DNA of 64,000 nt from Botryllus schlosseri (taxonomy: Eukaryota). The stretch spans positions 19,406,001-19,470,000 of the forward strand of contig CM119371.1 of NCBI GenBank assembly GCA_051294905.1, written 5' to 3'. Position numbers and translations under genes: made by a program. The notes beneath the pieces were generated by a model. The model saw only the letters and a program-made list of their open reading frames with translations. It ran no database searches and was not told where the DNA came from. Below are positions 1 to 13,854 of the stretch, piece by piece. The first letter of the stretch is position 1; each line of letters opens with the position of its first letter.

Positions 1-849
1 TATTTTCCAGTTGAATAAACTGGCCAAGAAAATATTCCACAGCATATATGCCTAATTCCACAATGCATGTCAGACACCCTCATGTGGTGCATCGTACCGC
101 GATGGGGTCTACGGACCCTGGTTAAGAACCCCTGGAATAGAAATGTCCAATCGGCGAATAATTCATTGGTGTTACAGCTGTAGAGCGTACTACTACCAGG
201 GATATCCCTGACTATACCTTACTCGCCGATGATAGCATGGATAAAGAGAACAAACAATACCCAGCATGTAACCAACTATACGTCACGGGGGTCACAGAAT
301 ACCAATGGTTGCCAAACTGACCTGATTAGATAGCTTTATACCCTACGCAACGCAAGCTACGGCCTTTTGATATATTACTAATCCCCATGACAGTTTCATA
401 GATTTTTGTATTCGTAGGAATACCAAGTCACCGTTCCGAGTCGCAAGTCGTTCTCTGATTTTAAAGTATGACCCAACTCAACTAGTCATTTTTATTTAAT
501 CACTCAGTCAATCCGAAATCGAGTAATTTTACGAGAAGGTCGCACCAAACCAAATCACAATTTTCAGTCACGAATCATCAACGGGTCATGTCTTATCATC
601 ATGAACTAGAAATGTGACGTAATGACTGATCTTCTACCCATGGTAGTTTTTAAAAGTGATGTGATGGCGAAGTTTGTTGAGATATCAGTGATTTTTATAG
701 TAGTTTTAGCGTGAACTCTAAGTTCTCATATCTAAAGGTATATGGAACTTGAATATATAGTTGACTACTTGAAATTCCAAAATGCCGTCGTGGGCCGCGT
801 GTTTGAGACCTCTGTCCTAGTGAGATATGATAGAGTCTTTACACTAGGC

Positions 850-1023
850 GAGGGTTATTAAGTCTGTCGCACCATGGATTTTCTACACCATGTTATCCCT
901 GAATGCCGACTGCCGAACGGGATAGCCGCGGATACCAGTTTCTGAAGCTTTGGTGTGGCCCGGCCGCGGATCGAACCCACGACCAACCGATCGGGAAGCC
1001 GGACCATTATACTATCCTGCCCG
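850..1023 (-). mobile_element. tRNA-derived SINE, central domain resembling the Meta-SINE type
   Basis: Minus strand: GGATAGTATAATGG (A box)...GGGTTCGATCC (B box)...GGGCCACACCAAAG...GGCAGTCGGCATT. Superfamily call is from memory and not verified. Confidence 0.6.
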
Positions 1024-2734
1024 AGCAGGCGAAGAGGGTTACAGAAAAAGATTTGTAGACAGACTTTTAGTATGTAATTAGAGGTGGCTAGTTCGGAAAT
1101 TCCATGATACATCTTCACGAGCGGAAAATCACTCACGACACTGCAAAAGCTTGCAAAAGGTCTTCTGTTCCCGTGATACCGGGGCAGAAGCTATTGCAAT
1201 ACTAACTCAGGTGGTTATGTTTGAAGACTATACTTCCACTTCTACCAGCACAGTATGTCGTCGGAACTACTTTCATTGTGCACTTTGAGTGACAAGTGCA
1301 ACGTAGTTTTGCGATAAGCTCGCGTCGTTTTCATTCGTGAAATTGTGATAAGAATTGTGCGTAATAGTCCCTGTATCATAGTAACTCTAACTGAATATAT
1401 CTTTGAAGAATGTACCGGTGGCTACGATATCGCAGGCCCCGAATGTACGTATTGGGAGTGCCAGTAGTGATTTCTCGTTAATCGCCAAGACACATTGTCC
1501 TATTTCGAATAGGCCACACCGATTAGCTGCTAAAAGAGTGATAGCTCTCGACCAAGCCTGCTTTTTTAAACTGGGTACTTGTGTAATAGTTTTGATATGT
1601 ATTGGAAATTTCCACTTCAATTTGTAATTAAGTATAGAAATTCGTGGCGTTACTTCTCCGTCTACCTGAGCAGCAACTCTGACTGACTACTTTGACCATC
1701 TATGCTCAATACCTGCCTGCACCCGGTGTTTGAAAGATCGATATCGCCTGACTCAGCGTGCTGAGCTGTCTTGCCGTGCATTTAATGGGACAACATTGTC
1801 GGTCGATTGCATTGATTACAAGCCTATGTGATGTTCAGTTAGGTCGTACTGTATGTATACGCGCGTTGCGGCCAGGCATGAAACAGCGCCGCTTGGTATC
1901 ATGTTGCGAAGGGTGTTGTGAGTTTTCCGATTCGGGGTCAAGTTACGTAATTCGATACCGGTGATACTTGCTCCTACGAGCATAATGCTAAGCTGGCGTC
2001 ATGGTGAAGTTTTAGCGAAAAAAGTATCTTTGGCGCGCAGCGGAGTACTGCGCCGTTTTCGGCAGGAAATGAGTAATACCTATATTGCCTCTGAAGCTTG
2101 GTAACAGCCTGGCGTGTTCATCCTCGCTGGCTGTCTACTAGCATAGCAGTTGGTAGATATCGGTTATAGGATTATGAATTTGTCTGGAGCGTGATAGATG
2201 CAGGTTTTATGCATAAGCGTTATACTATGTGGTATAGGGTTGTAAATAGAGCACGACCGATTATTATATATCGGTTCGCCGATGATATCGAGGTGATACT
2301 ACACTTCGAAAGAATTTTCGGTATCGGCCCTTGTAGGTGAAAAAATATCGGCAATTGTCGTGACGTCACAACACGACGGTAGGAAGCCAGAAAACTATGT
2401 AGGCCTAATCCTTGACCGATAGTCTGGGAATATTGATCTATTTCATATAGCTTACCCTTACACTTTCGAGGTGTCCAGATGCAGCATTTCTAGTTTGTCA
2501 TGTTCAGTATGACATTGGCTGTAATTCCGTTGAAATAAATGCTCTGAAGTTTTTAAAATGCGCCTTTTGAGGTAGATTGCACCGTGTGGTTTTCTCGGTA
2601 TTGGTATAGATCCGGATTTGCAAACAATAAATCCTCTCATTTCTGATATGCAGGAGTTGAGAGACTATTGGCACTTGGCAGCAAATCAACTAAACCAAGA
2701 GAGTTTATAACTAGAGCCCGACCGATACGGTTCC

Positions 2735-3150
2735 ATACCAATACCGAGAAAACCATTATCGAGAATGGGCATTGCCGAGAATACCATTACCGAGAATGCC
2801 ATTCTCGAGAATGGACATTACCAAGAATGGTCATTACCGAGAATGGACACCACCGAGAATGGACATTACCAAGAATAGCCAATGCCTAGAATCTAACTTA
2901 CTGGGACGGACGTCGTCGAAATTTTTACCCGAGAACTAACACCGAATGTGGCAACGCCTCGATGCACATGCACAAATGCACATTCACACGACCTATACAC
3001 ATGCATAACACGCCTGCATCGCATATATTGCATTTTCGGTAATGTCCATTCTCTGTGCTGTCCATTCTCGGTGGTGTCCATTGTCGGTAATGACATTCTC
3101 GGTAATGGCATTTTCGGTAATGGCATTCTCGGTAATGGCATTAACGATAT
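2735..3150. mobile_element. Small foldback-like MITE with inverted arrays of a 15-16 bp unit (ATTACCGAGAATGG(A)C)
   Basis: Array at about 2743-2880 and its reverse complement at about 3034-3142; ends approximate, no TSD seen. Confidence 0.75.
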
Positions 3151-3167
3151 TGGCAGGACACCTCGAG

Positions 3168-3410
3168 TTCAGCTTCATTCACTCTTTCATTTGGGTGCCT
3201 ACAGAAGAAGTATGTGTACCATCTAACAATAGTACATTTAGCTTAAGCGCTCTCTTCGCCCGGCGATTCGATATTTCATGCCGGTGACGTCATATTTTGT
3301 GATACGATTGTTGACATACAATGTTCTTTCCAATTCTCTACTAGTTGCTGACGATTACCCCTGACGGGTGTCAAACGAAAATATCCGGGTTATTTCAATA
3401 TGAATATATG
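3168..3410 (+). mobile_element. Penelope pLTR copy with mutated hammerhead (3357-3390)
   Basis: Same ORF-end and tail sequence as 60590-60840; HHR core reads CTGACGG...GAAAATATCC. Confidence 0.8.
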
Positions 3411-6400
3411 TGGTATTGTGATGTGCATCGTGTGAACCATTGCACAAAGTAACGTTTGGCGGCGGCCCTCGGTCGTGGTCGGGGAGAAGAGAGAGAGAGC
3501 TGTGGGGAAGTGTGCACGTGCTGTGTCGGTTGTCGTTGTTTTCTACCTTTGAATAAATCCATCTTCAATTACAAGACACTATTGGCTTCAAAAAATAATC
3601 GCGAATCGGAATCCGGGTTAAATATTCAAATCTACATCCAACTCGTCACAACCACGCACACGGATTGCAATCTGCGATGATCGAGACTTTATTGTTGGTA
3701 TTGATTCGCGTAGCTCGCAGAGATTGCATCATTCCTTTGCTGGGGTCCCGCGTTCGCATGCATATTCATGGGGGAGCGATAGTCTCCCCCAACGATTATC
3801 GTTACGGCGCGCGCCGTAATCTGATTTATTGATCGTGGAGCAACTTCGCAATCGTGTTGACTCACTGTATACGTTACGATCCCGCTGTGTGGTTAGGGCT
3901 TCGCCGAAAACAGTTTTGTCTTCATCTTATAGACAGCCAATGCCGTGTTTAGTTCGAACCCGCCGAAAATCTGCTAAAAATAATCGACTGGCAGAGCTTG
4001 ATCAATAGCAAGCCACCTGTGCGGTTGGGTAGATAATTCGGGGCTCCAGTCAGACTTGCACGAAAAGAAAACAGTGAGATTTTCCACAGTGGATTAGGGT
4101 CAGAAATACTAAATTCGCGAAAACTTTGGAGTTGAATTAAATTCTGGATTGGAAAGAAATACAACAAAAATATAATTCAGTTCGTATCAAACCAGAGTTT
4201 GTTCTGTCGGGCATGAGAATTGAAAATGTCTGTACGCCAAGCTTGACTCGTTTCGCATGATATAGTTATGTTGTTGTATTTTAAAAACAGAAATTAGATC
4301 AGAATTGAAATTAGAGCATAGAAACATTTCACAGATTCCATAGAAATTAGATTGCTGGCACTCGCACTAATTAGTCTCTGGGTGACTAGCAATTGGAATA
4401 GGACGTTTGTATTTTTGTCCTTCATGTTTTTGCTGCATATACCCCGACTCATGCGAGTCATGTAGCCTAGCAACGCTTGATATGCAATAAACATACAGTA
4501 TACACGCGATCTGTGGATATGCAATATGCATACCGTACCAACCAGAATTATCTAGTCCAATTCTGGTGCCCGACCGCAGTTGGAAGATGAACGCGTAACG
4601 CGTTTGCTCGTTTAAGATCCAAAGCCACGAAATCCGGCAATAAGTCGAATAAATCACCTGGAAACTATAAACGCACGGAAATTCCTGTACAAGCCGTAGT
4701 CCTGAATAAAAATTCGATCGAAACCCGGATAAAATCCCAAACTTCGTCCTCTTTTTCAAATACATTCCCAGTTAGGCGGAAACCTCCAAATCCGTTTTCT
4801 GGGAATCCGACAAAAATCTCCCGATCCGTTTTCTTCAGGTCCCTGACATCGTAATCTCTGATGCGCGCATAACATGTTTACCAGAATAATATTGGCGGAA
4901 GCCTTACCTCGTGCGCGATCTTGTGTCGTTTTCGAGACGGGGTATTGTCGTCGCGAGTTATGAATATTGTATGAGACGCGGGCTGTAATTTGCGACCCCG
5001 TAATTTCTTGCGGTTAACCGGAGGTCGTGACTCTTGCGTGGCTTGGGAGGCCGCGCCGTGTATGCATTGCGTACTGTGTTTGTGGGGGATTGTTTACGTG
5101 GTTGTCGGTGTGGGGTTTTGCGAATAAATAGCCGATAACATGAAATATCTTGTATAGTCAAGCCCACCAAATAGTCTAGTCTTCCTGCTATAAGTTTTAA
5201 CAAAGCAAGGTAGATATGGATGTTTGTTTCCGATTCGTATCTTATACAGTAAATGGTTACCAGTAAATTCGGAACTTTGTGAATTTGGCATTGGAAATGT
5301 AGTAACAATATATTATTATTATTATGAAAGCAATGCATCAATAATTCAATATTGTATAAAAAGTAAATGTTTCACTTGAAAGAAATAACGGTGTCGGATA
5401 TTAGAACTTTAAAAGTATCGTCAATTTTCATGACGTCACAGTATGGTACTAGTCCATCTGAGAACTATGATGATCTACAGCAGCTAAACTGCTGGGAATA
5501 TTAATATATTTCCTATAGCTTACAGGTGTGCCAGGGGATCGTTTCTGGTTCATTTTATGTCTAAGCGCAGCCTTGATTGTGAAGCTGTGAAAATAAATGC
5601 CATGGAATTTTAAAAATGCGCCTTAAGCTAGATATCATGTGTTTTAAATATCGGCTGAATCGGGGTTATCGGCGAAGCTCAGAGTTATCGGTATCGATCC
5701 AAATCGGGATGTTCATTTATTTAAAGATAACATTTATTCAAAGATGCTAGGATAGAAAAGTATTCCATCTTTTTATGCTGGTGTATAATAAGGTAAATTG
5801 GATATGGACATGGATATTTGATCAGTTTTAGATGCGGACCTTTAGAAATGCGAGTTATACTATATGCGTATCTACAACATCACCACACTACGCGTACTCC
5901 GTAATCGCTACCGGAGCCTTGTGTAGAATATCGATCGACCATTGTTTTTATTTCGCAAATCGCAGAATTTATCTCATTTAATGCCAGAACGGCCTGAGAA
6001 TAAGTCCGTTGGTCGTGCAGGCGTTTAAGGAATAGCTCGCTACCATATAGACAACTCCCGCTGTAGGATGTACTGATTCCTGTTGACTAATGAGTATATG
6101 GAGATTTATCGAGAACTTGGACTTGGAATTGCGCGCTTAGCTTACGTAGACGCCTTGCCGATTGACAATAATGATAAATGAATTAGAATTTCGATTTTGG
6201 ATGTATTTGTACAGAGAGGTTATTGTTTTTTGTTTGTGTTATTCGCGGTGTTAGTCGCCTACTATGGTCAATGACTCTGACCACGATGCGTTGGAGTTCC
6301 AAGGTCCTGAATACATTTTGGAGTATTGTTTAATTATTACAGATCTCAAGACACTCTTGGTGGCACAAAACTCCAGTATATAATTGCATATATTATTATA

Positions 6401-9352
6401 TTGTGGACTTGCAAGTAAACTTGAATACCCGGGATAAGAAAATATGAAATATACCTATCCGGATTCAGTTTCGCATAGATCTCATATCTGGGCCCGGTTG
6501 ATATCTGAAGCCCGCATTTTATTTATTGAAATACGAGCTTCGCCGCCACCTAACTCCTGCCTTTTGTACGGCGGCCCAAGCTACGTGGTGACGTCTTTAC
6601 ATTCAATTTACGGTGGCCAAGGTGTGAGACATCGTTCCATGACCCGTAATGCTGTAAAAGTATTTGATTAGCGGGCGCTTTGTCGAGGTCGTATTTACGG
6701 CCGGCTCAAACATAGAAGACTTTGATTTAGCGGCCGCTTGTTTCTACCACAAGCGCTCAATGCGTGTATGAGTCGAGTATGCTTGCACAACCGTAGACTG
6801 GTACTCCTTTCGAGGTTATCAAGGCGTGAAATATGCGGTGGTGTATTTTGAGTTGCTATATTCGGAGATAATAGCTAAGCCGCGGCGCTATCAATGGCTC
6901 CAGCGCATACGGATTAGCCGCCGTGCATCGCTCACTTTTGTGTTCGAATGTGGAACATAAAGGTACCTAGCAGTCCCGGTATTGTGCGTGGCGGATGAGT
7001 GGATGTCAAATATTGAAGGTCCTAAGCTGCTATAGTAACATTTGTAGTTTTTCGTATTGTGCACGAGATCGGCAGTTTGAGAGCATTCCGAAATTATTTC
7101 TGTTTCTGTAGCCCGGTTGGAAGGAATATTGGGAATTTGAATTCAAACCTGCTCGAATAGAGAAATTATTCTTGCTCTAATGCGAATAAGATTGGATTTG
7201 TTTATATCAGGTTTTATGCACTGTAAACGTCTAGTACAATAGTGTTACTTACCAGGGATTTGGGTGTCCATGAGTGCACTGTAAAGGGACGTAGGTAACA
7301 GCTGCGGTATTCAAATTCGATTCCAATGTTGATTATGTGGTTATCTTTGTTAAAAGTGAGGATAGTTTTGTGTAGTTAAAAGATCGTGAAAATGTTCCGG
7401 CGACTAGACTAAAGGTTAGAACCTCTGTTGTAGCGAACATGGAGATGTTGTGTATTTTTATTTTACGGTTGATAGCATAAAAGATAGGGTTCCCATATTT
7501 TGAAATCCGAAAAAGAGTACACTTTTTTACATAACGGGCAAAGTTCATTTTTCGATCGACTCCCGAAAAACTCATTCCCACGTTTAATCGGTTGGAGTTG
7601 ACCTTTTTTAGTCATCCTATAAGCGATTAGAGTTTTCTATGTCGATTTCCTTTAGTTCCGCCGAAATACAGTTTCACGTCTATTATGACATTTTTCGTTG
7701 TCTTTGAGCAGTCGCCGAACTCTCAAAGCTATAAAAAGAGGACGGATTGCGAAAAAAGATGACATTTGGGTGTCCCCGGATGACATTTTACATTTATTGA
7801 AAAAAGAGGGCAAATCCTCTCAAAAGAGGACGTATTGCATCTAGGATTGCATTTAAAACAAGGGCTTTTAAAAAAATTGTGTTTTTTGAGTTGTAAATTA
7901 TTCCATATTTGTGTAAATAGTTTCCAAAAAACATGTTGTATGAGCCTACGGACAATTGCCACCCAATTTAGCCGACGTATATCGACATGGGATGGTTGGA
8001 ACCCTCAAAATAGTCGGTTCAACAGTTAGTACAGATATATCGTCAAAGGATCTATGTTTACCGTATATTTTCAATTGTCAATGTCAGTCCAACGCGACGT
8101 CATAATTGAATATTCGTGACGTCATGACTTGAAAAAAGGGCCCTGTTTTAAACATGTTTGCTTTAAAATTGATTTTGTTTTAAATGCAACCCTAATTGTA
8201 TCCTTAATATAAGATGATCATAGCAGCCAGCGTTGCTGCTCACAAGTTAAAGTTGCGCCGTTAATTTCCACTCTACTACAAGTTTGGTACACTTAGCGAG
8301 CGATTTCCGAGACGTGTCAAACAGCTTGCTTGACGTATAGAAATTTAACATGAACAGTTCGAAAAACACATTTGTTTGAGAGCTCGCTGTCGCATACTCT
8401 AGACCAGGGGTGGGCAATTGTTTTCCTCCGCGGGCCAAATGAGAAGTAGAAAATACAATTGCGGGCCGAGTGAAAAATTTTAGTTATATTCTCCAGCGTA
8501 TTTCAATTTCATTTCTAAATTACATTGTTAGTATATGCTGCTTAGTGAATGTGTTTAGGTCAGGTAACGAGAAGGGGAAGGCTTATTAAAAAAAGATATA
8601 TTTGCCGTCATGATTCGAAATAATGTTAAACATGATACATTTTAACTCTCTTTAAACCCCTATCCACGTTCTTTTATTAAGATTCTAAAACAGAGGTTCT
8701 CAAACTTTTTTTAGGCACGCCTCCCTTTATGACAGTGAAAATTTCGTGCCCCTTATCATGATATCACAAAATTTTAAAAAGTGCAATCAGAGTCCTAGCA
8801 ATCCCAACGGATAGTTTGATGACATCGAAGTTAATGGCTGTTGATGAGTTAATTCTGAAATATCAAAGTCGGACAATTACACAGAGCAATATAACTGTAA
8901 GCTGGGGGTAAATCGCGCGGAGCGCGAAAAAATAATCATTGAACTTCGGCTTCGCGCCCACTACTGATGATTTCACGCTTTCCAGTTCGAGAACCCCTGC
9001 ACTGAATTGTATAATGTATATGTAATAGAGTACGAAGCTTATTTTCTTGGTCGCTGCCTTCCTAGTGGTGTGCACTGTGCTTTCGTAGCCTTGATGGTGA
9101 GCGAAGCTTGCAGTTTTTCTGAACTCTGCCCTCCATTGACCGAGTGTTTCGTGTTTTTTGTCATAAGACCGACATTAATTAAAATCCTTAATCTCGGCGA
9201 CATGCTCTGCAAACACTAGAAGGAAGGTCATACCCCTGACTCCAACAAACAACTACTTATTGCTTTGAAGTCTAAACCTTCTTTGAATTTCAGTTTGCGG
9301 GTTTCTTTTTTGGCATGCTCGTTATTCCATTATGGGCGATAGATATAATGAG

Positions 9353-10601
9353 TAGGGATGGTGCGAACCTCTGAAAGGTTCAGGTTCGTGTGAACGCGAA
9401 CCTTTTTGAGAGGTTCTGTGTGAACGCGAACGTGAACCTCATGACGTCACGTGACGTCATATTGCTAATTCCAACCCTATCTTTCAATGAAGTAATAGCC
9501 TATATTAATGTACAGTTAAACACGATGCCTAACGACGACTCGGGCCACATAATGACACAATGCTAAAGTACATATTGGCGTTTTAAACGTCGCTAAATGT
9601 ATAAACTGAGGCAATCAAATGATATATATACTCGGGGGAGATAGTGTAGTGGTTTGGCGCCCATCAATCTGACGGACCGGGTTCGATTCCCGTCGGAGGT
9701 TTATCTGGGCTCCTCTTCCCGCGCCGTTGCCGTTCTTGCGGCGACAAAAAAGCCCAGTAAAAGGGCCGCGGCTTCAAAAAAGATCAACACCGAAAAGAAC
9801 TGTGACATCGGACACTCTAGGCCGAGGTGGATGTTACAGTAAATAATCGCAACCGATGCGTGTCGTTCGACATCCTCCTACCTGTTCATGACATCGCATT
9901 GTGTCTTATCGTATTGTACATTGTGTGTGACTTGTTCTGATGAAAAATATAACCCAACGATGTTATGTTATAATGATCCTATAAAATCAATATCTTCCGT
10001 CGCTTTGCCAGGGAATATAAGCATACGACTGAACGGTCTAGGCCAGACCGTCCAATGTACTCGGCGTCTGTTACATTGATATTGAGCAGAGTGTAAAACA
10101 GGTTTTTATACTTGCCCCCCGATGTTGCCCCATTAACAGGTTATACAGTAGCCAACACCTCAATCGCACGGATTTGGTTTTAATGATACATTAAACATAT
10201 GAAGTCAAGATTGACCCCATACGCCTGCTTGATATTTTTACATCAGAAAACGATATCAATTTCATTGATTGGATGAATAACCATCATTCGCTGTCTACAT
10301 GTAGTGTATTTCGTTCGTGATGCTGAAAGCCAGATATTTCGAGCAAACTTTTGTAAAAAAGCAATTAAAATTTTTGAGATTGCCAAGGTGCATGCTCGTT
10401 TATTGATGCTTTTTTATGCTTCCAGCGCCGTGCATAGAGTGTCACGCAGTTGAAATGCAATAACTTTGAAGTGAAAACTGTATTATATGAAAAGGTTCAC
10501 AGTGCAGAACCTACCAAGGCTCTGTTGTGAACGCGAACCTCTAAATTTCCGAGATTCACACACAGAACGCAAACGTGAACCTCACGTTCACACCATCCCT
10601 A
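9353..10601. mobile_element. Non-autonomous hAT-type element
   Basis: TIR TAGGGATGGTG / CACCATCCCTA, perfect 8-bp TSD ATAATGAG, subterminal GTGAACGCGAACCT repeats. Confidence 0.9.
9634..9900 (+). mobile_element. tRNA-derived SINE-like sequence inside the hAT element
   Basis: A box TAGTGTAGTGG, B box GGTTCGATTCC (9680-9690), followed by GGAGGTTTATCTGGGCTCCTC, shared with the SINEs at 31.5-36.3 kb; 3' end uncertain. Confidence 0.65.
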
Positions 10602-13600
10602 ATAATGAGTCATATAGTAATCGCGAGCACTGATTAACTTGTTTTACGAATTAGGGATTTAGAAACATATCACGTAACAATTTGAAACACATGCCGTATA
10701 ATGCGTAATGTGACCATGGCAAAAAAGAAGGCTTGGATCAAACTACAGGGAAAGAGTGATTTCTTGTAACTCCAATTGCTACTCGTATTTTGCCATATTG
10801 CCTTTATTTGGAATTTGGATTACGCATGCGAGGTACGTAGGCAGCGTAATCGTGGCATATTAATGAACGGGCTTCAAAGTGAACGAATTTCCTGTTAAGT
10901 TGATACAGCCTACGGTTTTAGTCATTCAAAAAGCATGTTTTATGTCTTGAATTCCAAGCAACCTTTCGCGGGCCGCACAGAATGGCTTCGCGGGCCGCAC
11001 TTTGCCCAGGTATGCTTTAGACCGTTAATGGTAGTGGGTGTTGGCTACTTTCGTTATCGCAAGATGCATTTTAGCGACTAACGCAATATGACTAACGGCG
11101 CTAGCAAGCCAATTGGTGTAATCGGGGCCTACGATAACTTAAGTTATCGTAGGCCCCGGTGTAATTCCTTAGATGTATTTAGCAGTCACTGTGACGGCTG
11201 TTTCACGCGGTTCTTATGACGATTTCGCTCGTAAAAGTTACGTAAACCCATCGCTAAATGTACTTTCTCTATTTAAAAATCAAATGTGTAGAGAGTAAAC
11301 AGTTCTACCTGTAAATCTGTTCACGTAGGTGCGGAAGTTGTCTTGAAACATTATCCAACGATCAAGTGTTGTAAGTTAGGAAATCCTGCTTGAAGATTCT
11401 GAAAAAGTAGAACTCCGTTAGACCGTTACTGACCATGACCGCTTGACCAGTTGACCACCTCTGCATATTACGCACGGCCTTGGCCCGTCTTCATGACTTT
11501 CCGCATCTTGAGGTAAACGGCACTGCGACCCAACTATGTAAGCAGAGCGAATCTTATTTTATTGGTTACTTCCAAGCACGCTGTATCCTACTATAGGGAA
11601 AGCGCGTACGAAATCATATACCACCGAATTGCTAAATCATCATTTCCATACTCGTTATAACAGCGACGAAGGTAACCCAAGGTCGTTTCGGGCTGCCGAT
11701 CGCTATATAATTTGGTAACGTCTCTTATGCTGCGCTAGCAACCTAGCCTGCTTTTTGTAATCTCCAAATAATACGGCGCTGCACGCTAATGCCCGTCTAT
11801 AAATAGTGACCGTGCATAATGGGAACTAGCGTTTCTATTATGCAGTAACGATACGTAGATAGATACCGACCATACCGTTTTCGTGATTTAGATAATCTTC
11901 TGTATCACGGGGGTCTCAATATTTAATTTCAAGACCGATCTTGCGGACCGGTGGACCATCATGTAATTACGGCATGTGGAGGCGACCCAAAAGGAAATAT
12001 TGGAATCTTCAGTAGAATGAGAAATTTGTTGCTACGGTTTCTCTGATAAAACACGTTGTATGCGTGATTCTACTGAAGTTTTTTGTAAGGCATAGTCCAA
12101 ATAACACCATCGACTCGATTTCGACCACTTTGGTTTCTTTTCAAACTCGACTTCGCCGTTTGCTAGAATATATTATACTGTCAATGTCGTTAAATTCTAT
12201 TGTTTTTTCATCAAATTTCCACGAAATAGACTTCTGAATTTTCGCATATTTCTGGTCTTAAACGAGTTGTAGTCTACTTTCGAACTAATGGTCCGTAACC
12301 GGTGTTCTCGGGGAATGCCGCTAAATTGTACTATAGATTTTCATGAATTTCGGTCCGCTGACCGGATGTTGAAAACCACTGATTGATCTAGCCCATCTTC
12401 ACTCTCGCGTCGATTAGCATTTTGTGACCTGTTCAGTTGTGTCGCCAAGCACACAACATAAATCAAGTACAGACCATATCATGTCATAATTTACTCTCAT
12501 AAGTGTCGATAATGGCGAATGTCTGTACAGAGTTTACACCGAGCTAGGCATTTTCAGGAAAACCAGCACATAGATTAGAATTGAAATCATCGAAGCAGTC
12601 CACAAAATAGATCAGAATTAGATTACCGGCATTTCACTATAACTCGAGCAATAAACAACTTGAATTTTCTAGTCCAAGTGACGTTACGTCATCGAATCCG
12701 TCGCCTATTCAAGCGTAACAATAGCCTCGAGATTGCTTGCACTTTCCGTATTCAACTCGCGTCACATTACGATATCCGGTTAATTAATCATAAAATACGG
12801 GCAAACTAGAACCCTTTTATTACGCTACGATTGTTTACGACCGGTATGTCGCAGGTAATAGGTTACTGACGGAGTGGCAGGCACCACTTCAAATTGAATT
12901 ACTGCGACCTGTGCGACGTATCGTGTTCTGCTATCCGACCGGTAGTCGCCCATATACCGGGAAAACTCGGCGCACACAGCACGGTTATTGTAATTTTTCC
13001 GCTTGTAATGTCGCAGTGGGTTGTGCGCTTTTAGAAGAGGTGGTCTGTAGACTTGGACCACTATATAATTCTGGTTGTCTTATTGGACTATCATATCCAC
13101 AGATCGTGTGTATGAAGGTCGTGCGGTGCTAGGATATATGAGTCGGAGCATATGCCGCAAAACATCACCGGCAAAAACACAAACGTCCCATTCCTATTTG
13201 TCCAAGTAGACTAATTAGTGCGAATGCCGGTAATCTATTGTTAATCTAACTAGAAATGTTTATATACTCTAATTTTAATTCTAATCGAATTTCCGGTTTT
13301 CCTGAGAATAGTATACTTGCCAACTCTATCGTGCGAAACGAGCCAGTCTTGGTGTACAGACATTTGCCATTATGATGCTTGCGGCAATGAACTTTGATTT
13401 CATATGAACTGAACTTGGTGTTAGTTGCATTTCTTTCTGAATCGGCATATATTTCAATTTCTAAGTTTCTACGAATTCAGTATTTCTAATTCAAATCAAA
13501 TTTGAAAAAAAACCTCTGTAGCTATATATCTAATTAAAATTCTTATTTAATTTGAAAAAGTTGAACGCTTGTAGAACTCTGTTAGTCAGTAACGATCAAC

Positions 13601-13854
13601 TTTTTCGGAATGCTGGAGTAGGTGTTGAACTGGGGTTGCCATTTAAAACCAACATGTTTTTAGTGTTTTTGTAAGCCACGGCCTCACGAATATTCAATCG
13701 TGACGTCGCAGTGGATTGACAATGACAATTGAAGATATAGGGTAAATATAGCTCCTTTGACGATTTACTATAGCTGTTGAACCGACTATCTTGAGGATTC
13801 CAACCATCCCATATCGTATACGTCGGATATATGGGTGTCTTTATTTTGTGCTAG

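Noticed and set aside
2668-3287. Overlapping repetitive ORFs (ITENGH/MPLPR repeats)
   Set aside because: Translation by-products of the 15-16 bp inverted arrays
9634-9705. Functional tRNA gene (also 31539, 33231, 36011 and 29351-29411)
   Set aside because: A/B boxes are present but there is no complete cloverleaf or acceptor stem; most run into shared SINE bodies
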